Origin: Clostridia bacterium
GTDB lineage: Bacteria > Bacillota > Clostridia > Oscillospirales > CAG-272
Assembly (NCBI GenBank): GCA_017504245.1
Contig: JAFVRQ010000083.1
Coordinates: 6,590-70,589, forward strand
Direction: 5' to 3'
Length of the DNA: 64,000 nt
Part shown: one piece after another, positions 15,765-26,276 of the stretch
Numbering within the stretch: the first letter of the stretch is position 1
Layout: the number at the start of each line of letters is the position of its first letter
Position numbers and translations under genes: made by a program
The notes under the pieces: model-generated
Database searches by the model: none
Told to the model about the DNA's origin: nothing
The model's input: only the letters and a program-made list of their open reading frames with translations

Positions 15765-18197
15765 TTATTTATTTCCTGTGATTTTTCTAAGATTCCAGAA
15801 TTTCTGTGCGTATTCCTCGATACTTCTGTCCGCTGCAAAGTATCCCGCAGACGCGATATTCATAAGGGACATTCTGTTCCACTTCTGCTTATCCGCATAA
15901 TCTGCAATCATTCTTTCGTGAGTAGTACGGTAGGACTCGAAATCTGCAAGGCACATAAAGGGGTCCGCAACGCCCATACCTGTAAGAAGGTATCTTGAAA
16001 TATGCGCGAAGGACTGACCTGCAAAGCCACGGTTAAGGCAATCAATAATCTTGTTAAGGCGGTTATTGTTTGCATAGAACTCGTTGGAATGGTATCCTCT
16101 TGCCCAAATATCTTCAACCTCCTTAGCGGTAAGACCGAAGATATACATATTTTCCTTGCCCGCAGCAGCAAGCATTTCAACGTTAGCGCCGTCAAGCGTA
16201 CCGATGGTGAGCGCACCGTTCATCATAAGCTTCATACAGCCCGTACCACTTGCTTCCTTACCCGCAAGAGAAATCTGTTCACTGATTTCTGCAGAAGGAA
16301 TAAGCGCTTCAGCCATACTTACGTTGTAGTCCTCAAGGAACACAACCTTAATCTTCTTGGAAACGATGGGATCGTTCTCAATCTCACGGCTGATAAAGCA
16401 GATGAGCTTGATAATTTCCTTTGCCATCATATAGCCGGGAGCCGCCTTTGCTCCGAAAATAAAGGTCTGGGGCTGAACGTCGAGAGTGGGATTTTCTTTA
16501 ATATCAATATAAAGATTGATGATGTTAAGCGCGTTAAGAAGCTGACGCTTATATTCGTGCAATCTCTTGATCTGAACGTCAAATACGGAGTGTGTGTCAA
16601 GCACTCTGCCCGTCTTCTTATAAAGAAGATCGGCAAATGCCTTCTTGTTTTCGTGCTTAATCGTGCGGATCTGCTCAAGAACTGCCTTATCGTCCGCGTA
16701 TTTTGCAAAATTAGCAAGCTCCTCGGGGTTGTGTCTATAGCCCGTGCCGATACACTCGTCAAGCAAACCGGAAAGCTTGGGGTTGGAATAGCAAAGCCAT
16801 CTTCTGTGAGCGATACCGTTCGTTACGTTATCAAATCTATCGGGATACATCTTATAGAAATCCTTAAACGTGGAGTCCTTAAGAATATCGGAGTGAAGCT
16901 TTGAAACACCGTTAATGGAATGTGAACCGATAACGGAGAGGTTAGCCATTCTGACCTGACCGTAACCGATTACGGAAAGCTTTGAAATCTTTTCCCAGTT
17001 GCCGGGGAATACGTTCCAAGCGTCCTTGCAGAATCTTTCGTTAATCTCCTTAACGATCTGGTGAATTCTTGGGAGCTTGAGCTGGAAGATGTCCTCATCC
17101 CAGGTTTCAAGCGCCTCGGGCAATACCGTGTGGTTAGTGTAGGACACGATCTTCTGCACCATATTCCAGGATTTTTCCCAAGAGAAGTGATAATCGTCAA
17201 GGAAAATTCTCATAAGCTCGGGGATACAGAGCGCAGGGTGAGTATCGTTGATGTGAATAGCAACCTTATCCGTAAGATTGTCGAGATTGCCGTAAACTGC
17301 CATATGGTCACGGATAATGCTCTGAATTGATGCGGAAACAAGGAAATACTGCTGTGTAAGACGAAGAATTTTACCCTGAGTGTGATTATCGGAGGGGTAA
17401 AGAACCTTAGTAAGAATATCCGCATTAGTAGCTTCCTCAAGGGATCTTGCATATTCACCCTGCGAGAAAAGGTTCATATTAAAGTTGTGGATATTTCTTG
17501 CCTTCCAAAGACGAAGCTGAGAAACTGCCTCAGAATCGGCACCGGAAATCATCATATCATAAGGAACTGCTTCGTATTCCTCGCAGTTTTCATAGATAAC
17601 CTCCATATGATCCTCGCGCCATTCCTCGCGAACGCGTCCGCCAAGACGAACCTTAAATACGCGGTCGGTTCTGGGTGTGAGCCATACCTCACCACCGGGA
17701 AGCCATACGTCGGGGAGCTCAATCTGAACTCCGTCAATAATCATCTGCTTGAACAAGCCATACTCATAGCAAAGCGAAAATCCTGTTGCGGGATAATCAA
17801 GCGATGAAAGAGAGTCCATAAAGCAAGCGGCAAGACGTCCAAGACCTCCGTTTCCAAGACCTGCATCAGGCTCGCACTCGTAAAGGTCGTCAAGCTCAAA
17901 GCCGAGCGCCTTGAGGGATTCCTTATAATTTTCTGCAAGACCAAGATTGCAAAGATTTGTTTTCAAGGATCTGCCAAGCAAAAATTCCATACACATATAG
18001 TATACTCTTTTGCCGCCTTGTTCGTTTACGTGCTTTTTATATTCTCCTCTTTTCGCTGTGAGAATATCCTTAACTGTCATGGCAGCCGCCTTATACATCT
18101 GCTCTCTTGTTGCCTCTTTGCTTGTGCATCCGAAGTATCTGGCGAGCTTGCCTTCTAAATTTTCTGTGATTTCGTTCACTGTGGGTTGGTAATTCAT
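15765..18197 (-). CDS. glgP: glycogen/alpha-glucan phosphorylase (GT35)
   Basis: 810 aa. PLP-lysine region EASGTGCMKLMMNGALTIGTLDGANVE. Confidence 0.95.
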   Translation of the reverse strand: MNYQPTVNEITENLEGKLARYFGCTSKEATREQMYKAAAMTVKDILTAKRGEYKKHVNEQGGKRVYYMCMEFLLGRSLKTNLCNLGLAENYKESLKALGFELDDLYECEPDAGLGNGGLGRLAACFMDSLSSLDYPATGFSLCYEYGLFKQMIIDGVQIELPDVWLPGGEVWLTPRTDRVFKVRLGGRVREEWREDHMEVIYENCEEYEAVPYDMMISGADSEAVSQLRLWKARNIHNFNMNLFSQGEYARSLEEATNADILTKVLYPSDNHTQGKILRLTQQYFLVSASIQSIIRDHMAVYGNLDNLTDKVAIHINDTHPALCIPELMRIFLDDYHFSWEKSWNMVQKIVSYTNHTVLPEALETWDEDIFQLKLPRIHQIVKEINERFCKDAWNVFPGNWEKISKLSVIGYGQVRMANLSVIGSHSINGVSKLHSDILKDSTFKDFYKMYPDRFDNVTNGIAHRRWLCYSNPKLSGLLDECIGTGYRHNPEELANFAKYADDKAVLEQIRTIKHENKKAFADLLYKKTGRVLDTHSVFDVQIKRLHEYKRQLLNALNIINLYIDIKENPTLDVQPQTFIFGAKAAPGYMMAKEIIKLICFISREIENDPIVSKKIKVVFLEDYNVSMAEALIPSAEISEQISLAGKEASGTGCMKLMMNGALTIGTLDGANVEMLAAAGKENMYIFGLTAKEVEDIWARGYHSNEFYANNNRLNKIIDCLNRGFAGQSFAHISRYLLTGMGVADPFMCLADFESYRTTHERMIADYADKQKWNRMSLMNIASAGYFAADRSIEEYAQKFWNLRKITGNK

Positions 18198-18236
18198 GTG
18201 TCCTCCAAAAATAAATAGGTATTTGCGATTTTTGCT

Positions 18237-19670
18237 TTACACTCTTTCGTAAAGCATATAGTATTTTCTTGCGGAAGTTCCCCAAGAAAAGTCTGTATCC
18301 ATAATCTTCTTTGCAAATTTAGGATACAATTCTTTATTGTGATAAAGCTCAAGAGCAGCACTTGTGCGCTCGTAAAGCTCACCTGCATAATAGTTGGCAA
18401 AGGTAAATCCGTTGCCTAAAATTGTGCCGTTAAGCAACCAATATCCCTTAATCGAGTCATAAAGACCGCCCGTTTCTCTAACAACGGGAATTGCGCCGTA
18501 GCGAGAAGCAATCATCTGAGAGAGTCCGCAGGGCTCACTCTTTGAGGGCATAAGGAAAATATCACACGCGGCATAGATGCGCTTAGACAAATCTCTGTCA
18601 TAGAGCATAAGCGCGCGCACCTTATCGTTTCTGTTTCGTTCGAGCTCAGTGAAGAATTCCTCATACTGCGCCTCTCCCTTGCCGAGAACGACAAGCTGCA
18701 TATCGTTATTGTCAACAAGACCGTAAGCAACCTCGCGAATAAGGTCAAGTCCCTTGTGGGATGCAAGTCTGGAAATAATTGCCACAAGCGGAACGTCCTC
18801 TCTTTCGGGAAGTCCGAGCTGTCTTTGAAGCTCCGTCTTGTTTTTAACCTTTTTTTCAAGCTCACCCGACGCGAAATTCATAAATATCTCCTTGTCGGTT
18901 TCGGGATTGTAATACTTATAGTCAATACCGTTAAGTATTCCCGTGAGCTTATGCGCGTTCTTATTAAGTATGGGAGCAAGACCGTGAGAATATTCATCGC
19001 TCTTGATTTCCTCTGAATATCTTGGGCTAACGGTCGTAACCATATTAGCCATCTCGATTGCGCACTTCATAAGGTTCACGCATCCGTTATAATCGAGATA
19101 ATCGGAATAGTCAAATCCGAACACGTATGAAAGCACGTCGTGTGAGAACTGACCCTGATATTCGATATTGTGGATTGTAAACACGGTTTTAATATTTTGA
19201 TATTCTTTTCTCCAACGATATTCGAAATTGAGATAAGGAAGCGTCAAAGCCGCCTGCCAATCGTGTGCGTGAAGAATGTCGGGATAATAACCGATAACTC
19301 CGAGCATCTCAATAGCCGCCTTGCAGAAGAAGGCATATCTTTCCGCTTCGTCACCGTAGCCGTAAAGCGCGCCCCTCTTAAAATAATATTCGTTATCGAT
19401 GAAATAATACGTTACGCCGTCCTTTTCAAGACTCAAAACTCCGCAGTAAAGATTTCTCCAAGAAAGCTGAAGATTAAATACTGCCTCAAGCTTCATCTGA
19501 TTTCTCCACTCCGGCTTAACCGCGTCGTAAAGGGGCATAACCACGCGAATATCAATATCGTCCTTGTATTCCTTTTTAAGAGCCGCAGGCAATGAGCCGA
19601 GCACGTCACCAAGACCGCCCGTTGCCGCAAACGGCATTACCTCTGCTCCAACAAACAAAATTTTTCTCAT
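18237..19670 (-). CDS. glgA: glycogen synthase (ADP-glucose type, GT5)
   Basis: N-terminus EVMPFAATGGLGDV (K/A-T-G-G-L motif), 477 aa; located in the glg operon. Confidence 0.93.
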   Translation of the reverse strand: MRKILFVGAEVMPFAATGGLGDVLGSLPAALKKEYKDDIDIRVVMPLYDAVKPEWRNQMKLEAVFNLQLSWRNLYCGVLSLEKDGVTYYFIDNEYYFKRGALYGYGDEAERYAFFCKAAIEMLGVIGYYPDILHAHDWQAALTLPYLNFEYRWRKEYQNIKTVFTIHNIEYQGQFSHDVLSYVFGFDYSDYLDYNGCVNLMKCAIEMANMVTTVSPRYSEEIKSDEYSHGLAPILNKNAHKLTGILNGIDYKYYNPETDKEIFMNFASGELEKKVKNKTELQRQLGLPEREDVPLVAIISRLASHKGLDLIREVAYGLVDNNDMQLVVLGKGEAQYEEFFTELERNRNDKVRALMLYDRDLSKRIYAACDIFLMPSKSEPCGLSQMIASRYGAIPVVRETGGLYDSIKGYWLLNGTILGNGFTFANYYAGELYERTSAALELYHNKELYPKFAKKIMDTDFSWGTSARKYYMLYERV

Positions 19671-19688
19671 ATCCTATCTCCTTAACAG

Positions 19689-20825
19689 TTAAACGGTTGT
19701 TCCCTTGCCAATGTAGAAAGGAAGAGTTTCGTGACCCGAGAGCATTTTACCGTTCTTAATAGTAACGTTCTTATCTGTTACTACGCAATTAAGGTAAACG
19801 TCATCACCGGTATAAGTGTTCTGCAAAAGAATGGAGTTTTTAATAACCGTTCCCTTGCCAACCTTAACTCCTCTGAAGAGAATGGAGTTTTCAACGACGC
19901 CCTCGATCACACAACCGTCAGCAATGATAGAATTCGTAACCTTCGCGCTTTCGGTATATCTTGTGGGCGCGGAGTTTCTGACCTTTGTATAAATAGGTCT
20001 GTTCTTAACGTGGAAAACAAGCTTTCTCTTGCTCGGATCAAGCATTTTCATATTGCAGAAGAAATATTTCTGCATAGAGTCGATGTAATTGAAATATCCG
20101 TCATATTCAAACGCGAAGAAACGGTGCTTGCCGAGATTTCTCATAATAACGTCTCTTGAGAAGCTATCGTAACCTCTTGCGTCCGCCTCATTGATAAGCG
20201 AAAGAAGATATGAGCGCTTAATAATCATCATATTCGTGTTGATATGAAGCTCACCCTCTTGGTTATCGTAAGGAAGATAGTCAACTATCTCGTTCTTATC
20301 GTTTGAGGTTACTACCTTGATATATTTATCAAGCGGGAATTTAAGCTCGCTTGTGTTAACAAGCTTAGTAATAATCGTAATATCCGCATCGTTTGCGATA
20401 TGACATTCGAGAGCATCCGTAAAATCAATATTGCAAATCATATTGCAATCGGAGATGATAACGTTATCCGCTCCGCAGTTTTCAACGAAGTTCTTTACGC
20501 CAACGAGTGCCTGAAGACGCGTGTTGTAAAGGCGATCGTCACCTCTTGTGCCGCTTGTGATAAAGGGGGGCAATATTCTGATACCGCCCGAGCGACGCGC
20601 AAGGTCCCAGTCCTTACCCGTTCCGATGTGGTCGAGAAGGGACTGATAATTATTATGTGTGATAAGTCCTACCGTAGTGATATCGGAGTTAACCATATTG
20701 GAAAGCGCGAAATCAATAAGACGGTATCTGCCTCCAAAGGGAATACTTGCCATTGTACGCGGCTTTGTTAACTCGGGAATAGATGCATCGTGTATATTAG
20801 AGAATATAAGTCCTGCTGCTTTCAT
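19689..20825 (-). CDS. glgD: glucose-1-phosphate adenylyltransferase, GlgD subunit
   Basis: 378 aa, NTP-transferase fold plus LbH C-terminus. Lacks the GGxGxRL motif of GlgC (has IPFGGRYRLIDF) and sits immediately after glgC. Confidence 0.85.
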   Translation of the reverse strand: MKAAGLIFSNIHDASIPELTKPRTMASIPFGGRYRLIDFALSNMVNSDITTVGLITHNNYQSLLDHIGTGKDWDLARRSGGIRILPPFITSGTRGDDRLYNTRLQALVGVKNFVENCGADNVIISDCNMICNIDFTDALECHIANDADITIITKLVNTSELKFPLDKYIKVVTSNDKNEIVDYLPYDNQEGELHINTNMMIIKRSYLLSLINEADARGYDSFSRDVIMRNLGKHRFFAFEYDGYFNYIDSMQKYFFCNMKMLDPSKRKLVFHVKNRPIYTKVRNSAPTRYTESAKVTNSIIADGCVIEGVVENSILFRGVKVGKGTVIKNSILLQNTYTGDDVYLNCVVTDKNVTIKNGKMLSGHETLPFYIGKGTTV

Positions 20826-20837
20826 ATCGTCACCTCA

Positions 20838-22019
20838 TTATTCAGAATAAATCATCTGGTTATCGGCGATATCCTCGCCCTCACCAACTACGTTTCCTGC
20901 GCCGATTACGGTAATACCCTCAGCATTTTCGCGAGGCCTGCCAACTTTTGCGCCCTTGCCAACCTGAACCTCGGAGTCGAGAATGGAATATTCAATTTTC
21001 GCGCCCTCACCAACGCTTACGTGGTGCATAAGCACGGAGTCGCGAACAACCGCTCCCTTTTCAACCACAACGCCGTAGCCAAGCACGGAATTGATAACCG
21101 TTCCGTAAATCTCGCAGCCCTCTGTGATAGATGAGTTCTCAACGATTGCCTCCGCTCCAACGTATTGAGGAGCTTCGTTTTCGTGACGTGAGAAAATTCT
21201 CGTTTCCTCGCTGAAGGAAAGAACGGGCTTTTCACCGAGAAGGTCCATATTTGCCTCCCAAAGAGAAGAAATCGTTCCAACGTCCTTCCAATATCCCTCA
21301 AAGCCGTAAGCAAACATTCTTTCGCCGTTGTTAAGCATATTGGGAATGATATTTTTACCGAAGTCATTGCTTGAGGTGGGGTCCGCCTCATCCTCGGTGA
21401 GATATTTGTAAAGCTTATCTGCCGAGAATATATAAATACCCATCGAAGCAAGATTGCTATCCGGATTTTTGGGCTTTTCGGAGAATTTATAAATCGACAT
21501 ATCGGGATTAACGCTCATAATACCGAAGCGGTTTGCCTCCTCCATAGGAACCTCAAGAACTGCGATAGTACAGTCCGCATTGTTTTCCTTGTGGTACTGA
21601 AGCATTTTGTTGTAATCCATAGTATAGATATGGTCGCCCGAGAGAATCAAAACGTATTCCGCCTGGTATCTCTTTATAAATTCAAGGTTCTGATAAATTG
21701 CGTTTGCCGTTCCCTTATACCAGTCAGAACCGCTGAAGCCCTGATATGGGGGAAGGATGGAAACGCCGCCAAAGGTTCTGTCAAGATCCCAAGGAAGTCC
21801 GTTTCCTATGTATTCATTGAGTACGAGGGGCTGATACTGTGTGAGCACGCCAACGGTGTCCACACCGGAATTGATACAGTTTGAAAGCGGAAAGTCAATA
21901 ATTCTGAACTTTCCTCCAAATGAAACTGCGGGTTTTGCTGTTTTCTTGGTAAGTGCGTAAAGTCGTGATCCTTGTCCGCCAGCGAGAAGCATAGCGACAC
22001 ATTCTTTTTTCTTAAACAT
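20838..22019 (-). CDS. glgC: glucose-1-phosphate adenylyltransferase
   Basis: [21 protein letters not shown] and [19 protein letters not shown] signatures; LbH C-terminus. Confidence 0.93.
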   Translation of the reverse strand: MFKKKECVAMLLAGGQGSRLYALTKKTAKPAVSFGGKFRIIDFPLSNCINSGVDTVGVLTQYQPLVLNEYIGNGLPWDLDRTFGGVSILPPYQGFSGSDWYKGTANAIYQNLEFIKRYQAEYVLILSGDHIYTMDYNKMLQYHKENNADCTIAVLEVPMEEANRFGIMSVNPDMSIYKFSEKPKNPDSNLASMGIYIFSADKLYKYLTEDEADPTSSNDFGKNIIPNMLNNGERMFAYGFEGYWKDVGTISSLWEANMDLLGEKPVLSFSEETRIFSRHENEAPQYVGAEAIVENSSITEGCEIYGTVINSVLGYGVVVEKGAVVRDSVLMHHVSVGEGAKIEYSILDSEVQVGKGAKVGRPRENAEGITVIGAGNVVGEGEDIADNQMIYSE

Positions 22020-22229
22020 ATCAAGAGTTCTCCCTTCATAACATTATGAAACTATATTTAATCATAGACATAGTCATACATTGTTATTATATTATAAACC
22101 CGCCGATTTTTCAAGTGTTTTTTTATGATTTTTAGCTTTTTGTGTAATTTAAACAAAACTTTTGATTTTTCAAGCTCAAAATGACGATTTAAGGGCAATT
22201 TTTCAGCACTTTTAAGGCATTATCACCTA

Positions 22230-22258
22230 TTGACATATCTTTATTTTTTTGATATAAT
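22230..22258 (+). promoter_or_regulatory. sigmaA-type promoter with extended -10 (holB)
   Basis: TTGACA 22230-22235, 17-nt spacer, TGaTATAAT 22250-22258. Confidence 0.7.
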
Positions 22259-22287
22259 AATTGTGTATTGCTAAAAGGAGGGTTGAT

Positions 22288-23325
22288 ATGAAAAATAATT
22301 TTTCAGGGATAATCGCAAACGATGAGCTTTGCTCTTATTTCGCAAATGCAATTGAATCCTCCACCCTCTCCCACGCATACATTTTGCTCGGTGCAAAGGG
22401 TACGGGAAAGCACACTCTTGCTCGCCTCGTTGCCGCAGCGCTTAGCTGCGAAAGCAGAGATAACGAAACCACGCCCCTGCCCTGCCTTGAATGTAATAAT
22501 TGCAACAAGATAATGAACTGCATTTCTCCCGACGTAATGTATATTTCACGCGAGGAGGATAAAGCGACTCTCGGCGTTGACGCTATCAGATTTATCAAGG
22601 AGGACGTGGCGTTCTTCCCCAATGACAGCAGCTTCAAGGTGTATATCATTGAGGACGCGCACACGATGACCGCGCAAGCCCAAAACGCCTTTCTTTTAAC
22701 ACTTGAGGAGCCACCCGAATACGCGATTTTCATTCTTCTTTGCGAGCATACCGAAAGCATTCTCGAAACGATAAAAAGCCGCGCTCCGATACTCAGGATG
22801 AAGATGCCCAAAAGGGACGAGGCGATGGGCTTTCTGAAATCAAATTACCCCTCGGCGCGAACGTTTATCAGCAATTCTCCCGAGGAGTTTGAGCAGATTT
22901 ATATGGCGTCGGGCGGAAGCATCGGCAGAATATTGGAGCTCATTGGTTCAAGCGAAAAAAAGCAAATTTTGCAAAATCGTGAACTTGCACAAAAGCTTAT
23001 CGAATCTATAGCGCACAACAGACTTTCATCGGACTTTGCGGAAATATGCACAATGTTTTCCCAAAAGCGCGACGAACGGGAAAAAATCGTTGCTCAATTT
23101 TCCGAAATACAGCGTGCAGCTCGCGATCTTATCACGATAAAAAAGTCTGACGAGCCGAATCTGATATTTTTCACCGATTTCCAATATGCCGAGGAGCTTT
23201 CATACGGCATATCCGTTAAAAAATTAATGGAAATTTCAGAAAGCACAGAAAGGGCGCGCCTTGCTCTGCTCAGAAACGCAAACGTAAAATTAACCGTAAC
23301 AAACTATTTAAGCGAGCTTATTTAG
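22288..23325 (+). CDS. holB: DNA polymerase III delta' subunit
   Basis: LSHAYILLGAKGTGKHTLA P-loop-like segment, Cys cluster CLECNNCNKI, and a box reading KVYIIEDAHTMT. ATG at 22288 after AAAGGAGGG. Confidence 0.82.
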   Translation: MKNNFSGIIANDELCSYFANAIESSTLSHAYILLGAKGTGKHTLARLVAAALSCESRDNETTPLPCLECNNCNKIMNCISPDVMYISREEDKATLGVDAIRFIKEDVAFFPNDSSFKVYIIEDAHTMTAQAQNAFLLTLEEPPEYAIFILLCEHTESILETIKSRAPILRMKMPKRDEAMGFLKSNYPSARTFISNSPEEFEQIYMASGGSIGRILELIGSSEKKQILQNRELAQKLIESIAHNRLSSDFAEICTMFSQKRDEREKIVAQFSEIQRAARDLITIKKSDEPNLIFFTDFQYAEELSYGISVKKLMEISESTERARLALLRNANVKLTVTNYLSELI

Positions 23326-23334
23326 TTAATCATA

Positions 23335-24402
23335 ATGGAGAAAATTATGGAAAATAATCAAAACAAAAAGAACAACAAAAAAAGATATTATCATCACAAC
23401 AAAAAGAAAAATAAGAAAAATGAAATAGCGGAAAATCAAGCAACCGAAGTCATCGAAGAATCAGTTGAGATTGAGGAAGCTCCCGAAAATCTTGAATTTC
23501 TTGAGGACATCGTTCCCGAAGCATTTGAAGCTCCCGCTCCGAAGAAGGAGAGAGACCCCAACGAAGAGCAGGTCGAGGTCGTTGGCGTAAGATTTAAAAA
23601 GGTGGGCAAGGTTTATTACTTCGCGCCCGAAAAGATACAAGCCCAAAAGGGCGATTTTGCCATCGTAGACACGGCTCGCGGACCCGAATTCGGTGAGGTG
23701 TTTATTGCAAATAAAAGCGTTGGTATTTCAGAAATAGTTCCACCGCTTCGTTCGGTTATCAGAATTGCTACAAAGGAAGATATAAGCCATAACGAGGAAA
23801 ACGCGAAAAAGGAAAAGGAAGCATTCGGCATTTGCCTTGAGCAGATAGCGAAGCACGGGCTTGATATGAAGCTCGTTGACGCGCAATATACCTTTGATAA
23901 CAGCAAGCTCCTTTTCTATTTCACGTCAGCAGGTAGGGTTGACTTCCGCGAGCTCGTTAAGGATCTTGCCGCAGTTTTCAGAACGAGAATCGAGCTTCGT
24001 CAGATAGGCATTCGCGACGAGGCAAAGCTTGTTGGCGGACTCGGCGCGTGTGGCAGACCTCTTTGCTGCGCGACCTTCCTTTCAGATTTCGTTCAGGTTT
24101 CCATCAAAATGGCTAAGGAGCAGGGGCTCTTTCTCAACTCCCAGAAAATTTCGGGAACTTGCGGACGTCTTATGTGCTGTCTTCGTTACGAGCAGGAAAG
24201 CTACGAATACGAGATGGCGCGTACCCCTGCGGTTGATTCTCAGGTTAAAACGCCCGACGGTGTCGGAACAGTAACCGAATCCCGTCCCCTTACGGGCTTG
24301 ATCAAGGTAAAAATCACAAACAAGGACGGCGAAAGCATAAAGGTTTATCACCGCGACGACGTAAAGCTCATAATTTCCAACAAAAAATCGGATAAAGAAT
24401 AA
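23335..24402 (+). CDS. ricT: PSP1-domain protein (YaaT/RicT-like)
   Basis: PSP1 C-terminal domain with Cys-rich GACGRPLCCATFL...GTCGRLMCCLRYE. Follows holB as in Bacillus. Confidence 0.85.
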   Translation: MEKIMENNQNKKNNKKRYYHHNKKKNKKNEIAENQATEVIEESVEIEEAPENLEFLEDIVPEAFEAPAPKKERDPNEEQVEVVGVRFKKVGKVYYFAPEKIQAQKGDFAIVDTARGPEFGEVFIANKSVGISEIVPPLRSVIRIATKEDISHNEENAKKEKEAFGICLEQIAKHGLDMKLVDAQYTFDNSKLLFYFTSAGRVDFRELVKDLAAVFRTRIELRQIGIRDEAKLVGGLGACGRPLCCATFLSDFVQVSIKMAKEQGLFLNSQKISGTCGRLMCCLRYEQESYEYEMARTPAVDSQVKTPDGVGTVTESRPLTGLIKVKITNKDGESIKVYHRDDVKLIISNKKSDKE

Positions 24403-24429
24403 TTTTTTTGATTATTTTATAAAAATCTA

Positions 24430-24459
24430 TTGCTTTTTGGTGCTATAGTGTGTTATAAT
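24430..24459 (+). promoter_or_regulatory. sigmaA-type promoter (ferredoxin)
   Basis: TTGCTT 24430-24435, 18-nt spacer, TGtTATAAT 24451-24459. Confidence 0.6.
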
Positions 24460-24489
24460 GGTTCAACAATACTAATGGAGGTATTTATC

Positions 24490-24660
24490 ATGGCTTATAA
24501 GATTACTGACGCTTGCATCGCTTGTGGTGCTTGCTGCGACGCTTGTCCCTGCGGTGCTATTTCCGAGGGTGACGGTATGTATGTAATTGATCCTGATGCT
24601 TGCGCTGAGTGCGGTGCTTGCGCTGACGTTTGCCCTGTAGGAGCTCCCGTTCAGGAATAA
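24490..24660 (+). CDS. 2x[4Fe-4S] ferredoxin
   Basis: 56 aa with CIACGACCDACP and CAECGACADVCP. ATG at 24490 after GGAGG. Confidence 0.92.
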   Translation: MAYKITDACIACGACCDACPCGAISEGDGMYVIDPDACAECGACADVCPVGAPVQE

Positions 24661-24673
24661 TCCATTACATGTA

Positions 24674-24705
24674 AAAGATACGGAGCAATTTTGCTCCGTA
24701 TCTTT
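24674..24705 (+). terminator. intrinsic terminator-like hairpin after ferredoxin
   Basis: 13-bp stem 24674-24686/24693-24705; only a short T-tract follows. Confidence 0.55.
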
Positions 24706-24721
24706 GCTTTACGAGGTAATT

Positions 24722-25471
24722 ATGAATAGTATTCTGCTTGAAAACGAAACGTTAACGAGCGTTAACGAAAATATAAATCTTATACAAAGAAAAAACGGAC
24801 TCACCTTTGGCACGGACGCATTCCTGCTCGCCTCCTTTTTAAAGGAGCAAAGAAATGGAGTTGCAGTTGAGCTTGGTGGTGGCACCGGTATCATTTCCCT
24901 GCTCTGTGCCACAAAAGAAAAATACAAAAAAATCTATTGCGCTGAGATCCAATCCGAATTTGCGGACGTTATCGAGCGCAACGTCAAGTTAAATTCTCTT
25001 GAAGAAAAAATCGTACCTCTTTGCACCGATGTGCGCGAGCTTAAAAGCGCGAATTTGGGTTATGAGGTTGACGTTGTGTTTTCAAATCCGCCTTATATGA
25101 AATCAGACAGCGGGAAAAAAAACGAGCACGACGAGAAATTCATCGCGCGCCACGAGGTCTGCGGTGATATAAACGATTTTTGCGCGTGCGCCAAGCGGCT
25201 TTTAAAGCACGGCGGATTTTTCTATTGCGTGTGGCGACCCGACAGACTTGTCGACCTTGTTTGCGCTATGCGTGAAAACAATCTTGAACCGAAGGAAATG
25301 TGCTTCGTTCACGCAAACACGAAAAGCGAGCCGTCTATGGTGCTTGTCAAGGCAAAAAAGGGCGCGGCAGGCGGCGCGGTAATATACGAGCCCCTGTTTT
25401 TGAATGAAGACGATAACCCTAAAGCTCTCACCGAAAGAGCAAAAAAGATATACGAGGAATGTAATTTTTAA
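24722..25471 (+). CDS. SAM-dependent N6-adenine methyltransferase, tRNA1(Val) m6A37 TrmN6/YabB-like
   Basis: ELGGGTGIISL SAM motif and NPPY motif (VVFSNPPYM). ATG at 24722 after GAGG. Confidence 0.72.
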   Translation: MNSILLENETLTSVNENINLIQRKNGLTFGTDAFLLASFLKEQRNGVAVELGGGTGIISLLCATKEKYKKIYCAEIQSEFADVIERNVKLNSLEEKIVPLCTDVRELKSANLGYEVDVVFSNPPYMKSDSGKKNEHDEKFIARHEVCGDINDFCACAKRLLKHGGFFYCVWRPDRLVDLVCAMRENNLEPKEMCFVHANTKSEPSMVLVKAKKGAAGGAVIYEPLFLNEDDNPKALTERAKKIYEECNF

Positions 25472-26241
25472 TGAAGGAACTAAAAAGAATTTTAAGCTAT
25501 ACAAGGCGCGCAGTTGACGATTACGCAATGATAGAAGATGACGACAAAATTGCCGTTGGTGTTTCTGCAGGCAAGGATTCACTTGCCCTTCTCTACTCGC
25601 TTGCAGAAATGAGAAGATTTTATCCTAAAAAGTATGAGCTTATTGCGATAACCGTTGATATGGGCTTTCCCAATACAACGTTTGAGGGCATTAAAGCCCT
25701 TTGCGAAAAGTTAGGCGTTGAATATCACGTTATACCCACGCAGATTTATCAAATCATTTTTGAAGAGCGAAAAGAAAAAAGCCCCTGCTCACTTTGTGCC
25801 AAAATGCGCCGCGGAGTGCTTTATAACAGCGCAAAGGAGCTTGGCTGCAACAAGGTTGCGCTCGGTCACCATTTTGACGATGCTATTGAAACCTTTATGC
25901 TCAATCTTTTCTTTGAGGGCAGAATAGGTTGCTTCTCACCCGTAACCTACCTTTCAAGAATTGATTTAACTATGATCAGACCTCTCCTTTACGCAAGTGA
26001 AAAGAGCGTTCGTCAGTTTGCAGACAAGGCGGAATTGCCCATTGTAAAGTCATCCTGCCCTGCGGACGGAAACACTGAACGTGAGGAGATGAAGCAGCTT
26101 CTGCGCGAGCTTGACATCAAGCACAAGGGACTTCGTTACCGCATCTTCGGTGCAATGCAACGAGGCGAAATCGACGGCTTTAAAATATCAAGCTCGATGG
26201 ACGGAATTAAAGATTATGATGAGGAAAACAGTGAGGATTAA
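25471..26241 (+). CDS. ttcA: PP-loop ATPase, tRNA 2-thiocytidine synthetase TtcA family
   Basis: PP-loop SAGKDS, CSLCAKMRRG, GHHFDD, and C-terminal Cys (SSCPADG). Confidence 0.78.
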   Translation: MKELKRILSYTRRAVDDYAMIEDDDKIAVGVSAGKDSLALLYSLAEMRRFYPKKYELIAITVDMGFPNTTFEGIKALCEKLGVEYHVIPTQIYQIIFEERKEKSPCSLCAKMRRGVLYNSAKELGCNKVALGHHFDDAIETFMLNLFFEGRIGCFSPVTYLSRIDLTMIRPLLYASEKSVRQFADKAELPIVKSSCPADGNTEREEMKQLLRELDIKHKGLRYRIFGAMQRGEIDGFKISSSMDGIKDYDEENSED

Positions 26242-26276
26242 GCCCTAACCGGCATATAATCTGTCAGGAGGTAAAA

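Noticed and set aside
16002-16904. 300-codon + strand ORF inside glgP (a similar 268-codon ORF at 54303-55109 lies inside glgB)
   Set aside because: These are antisense to strongly supported, motif-rich enzymes. They are long antisense frames with no RBS and no recognisable domains.
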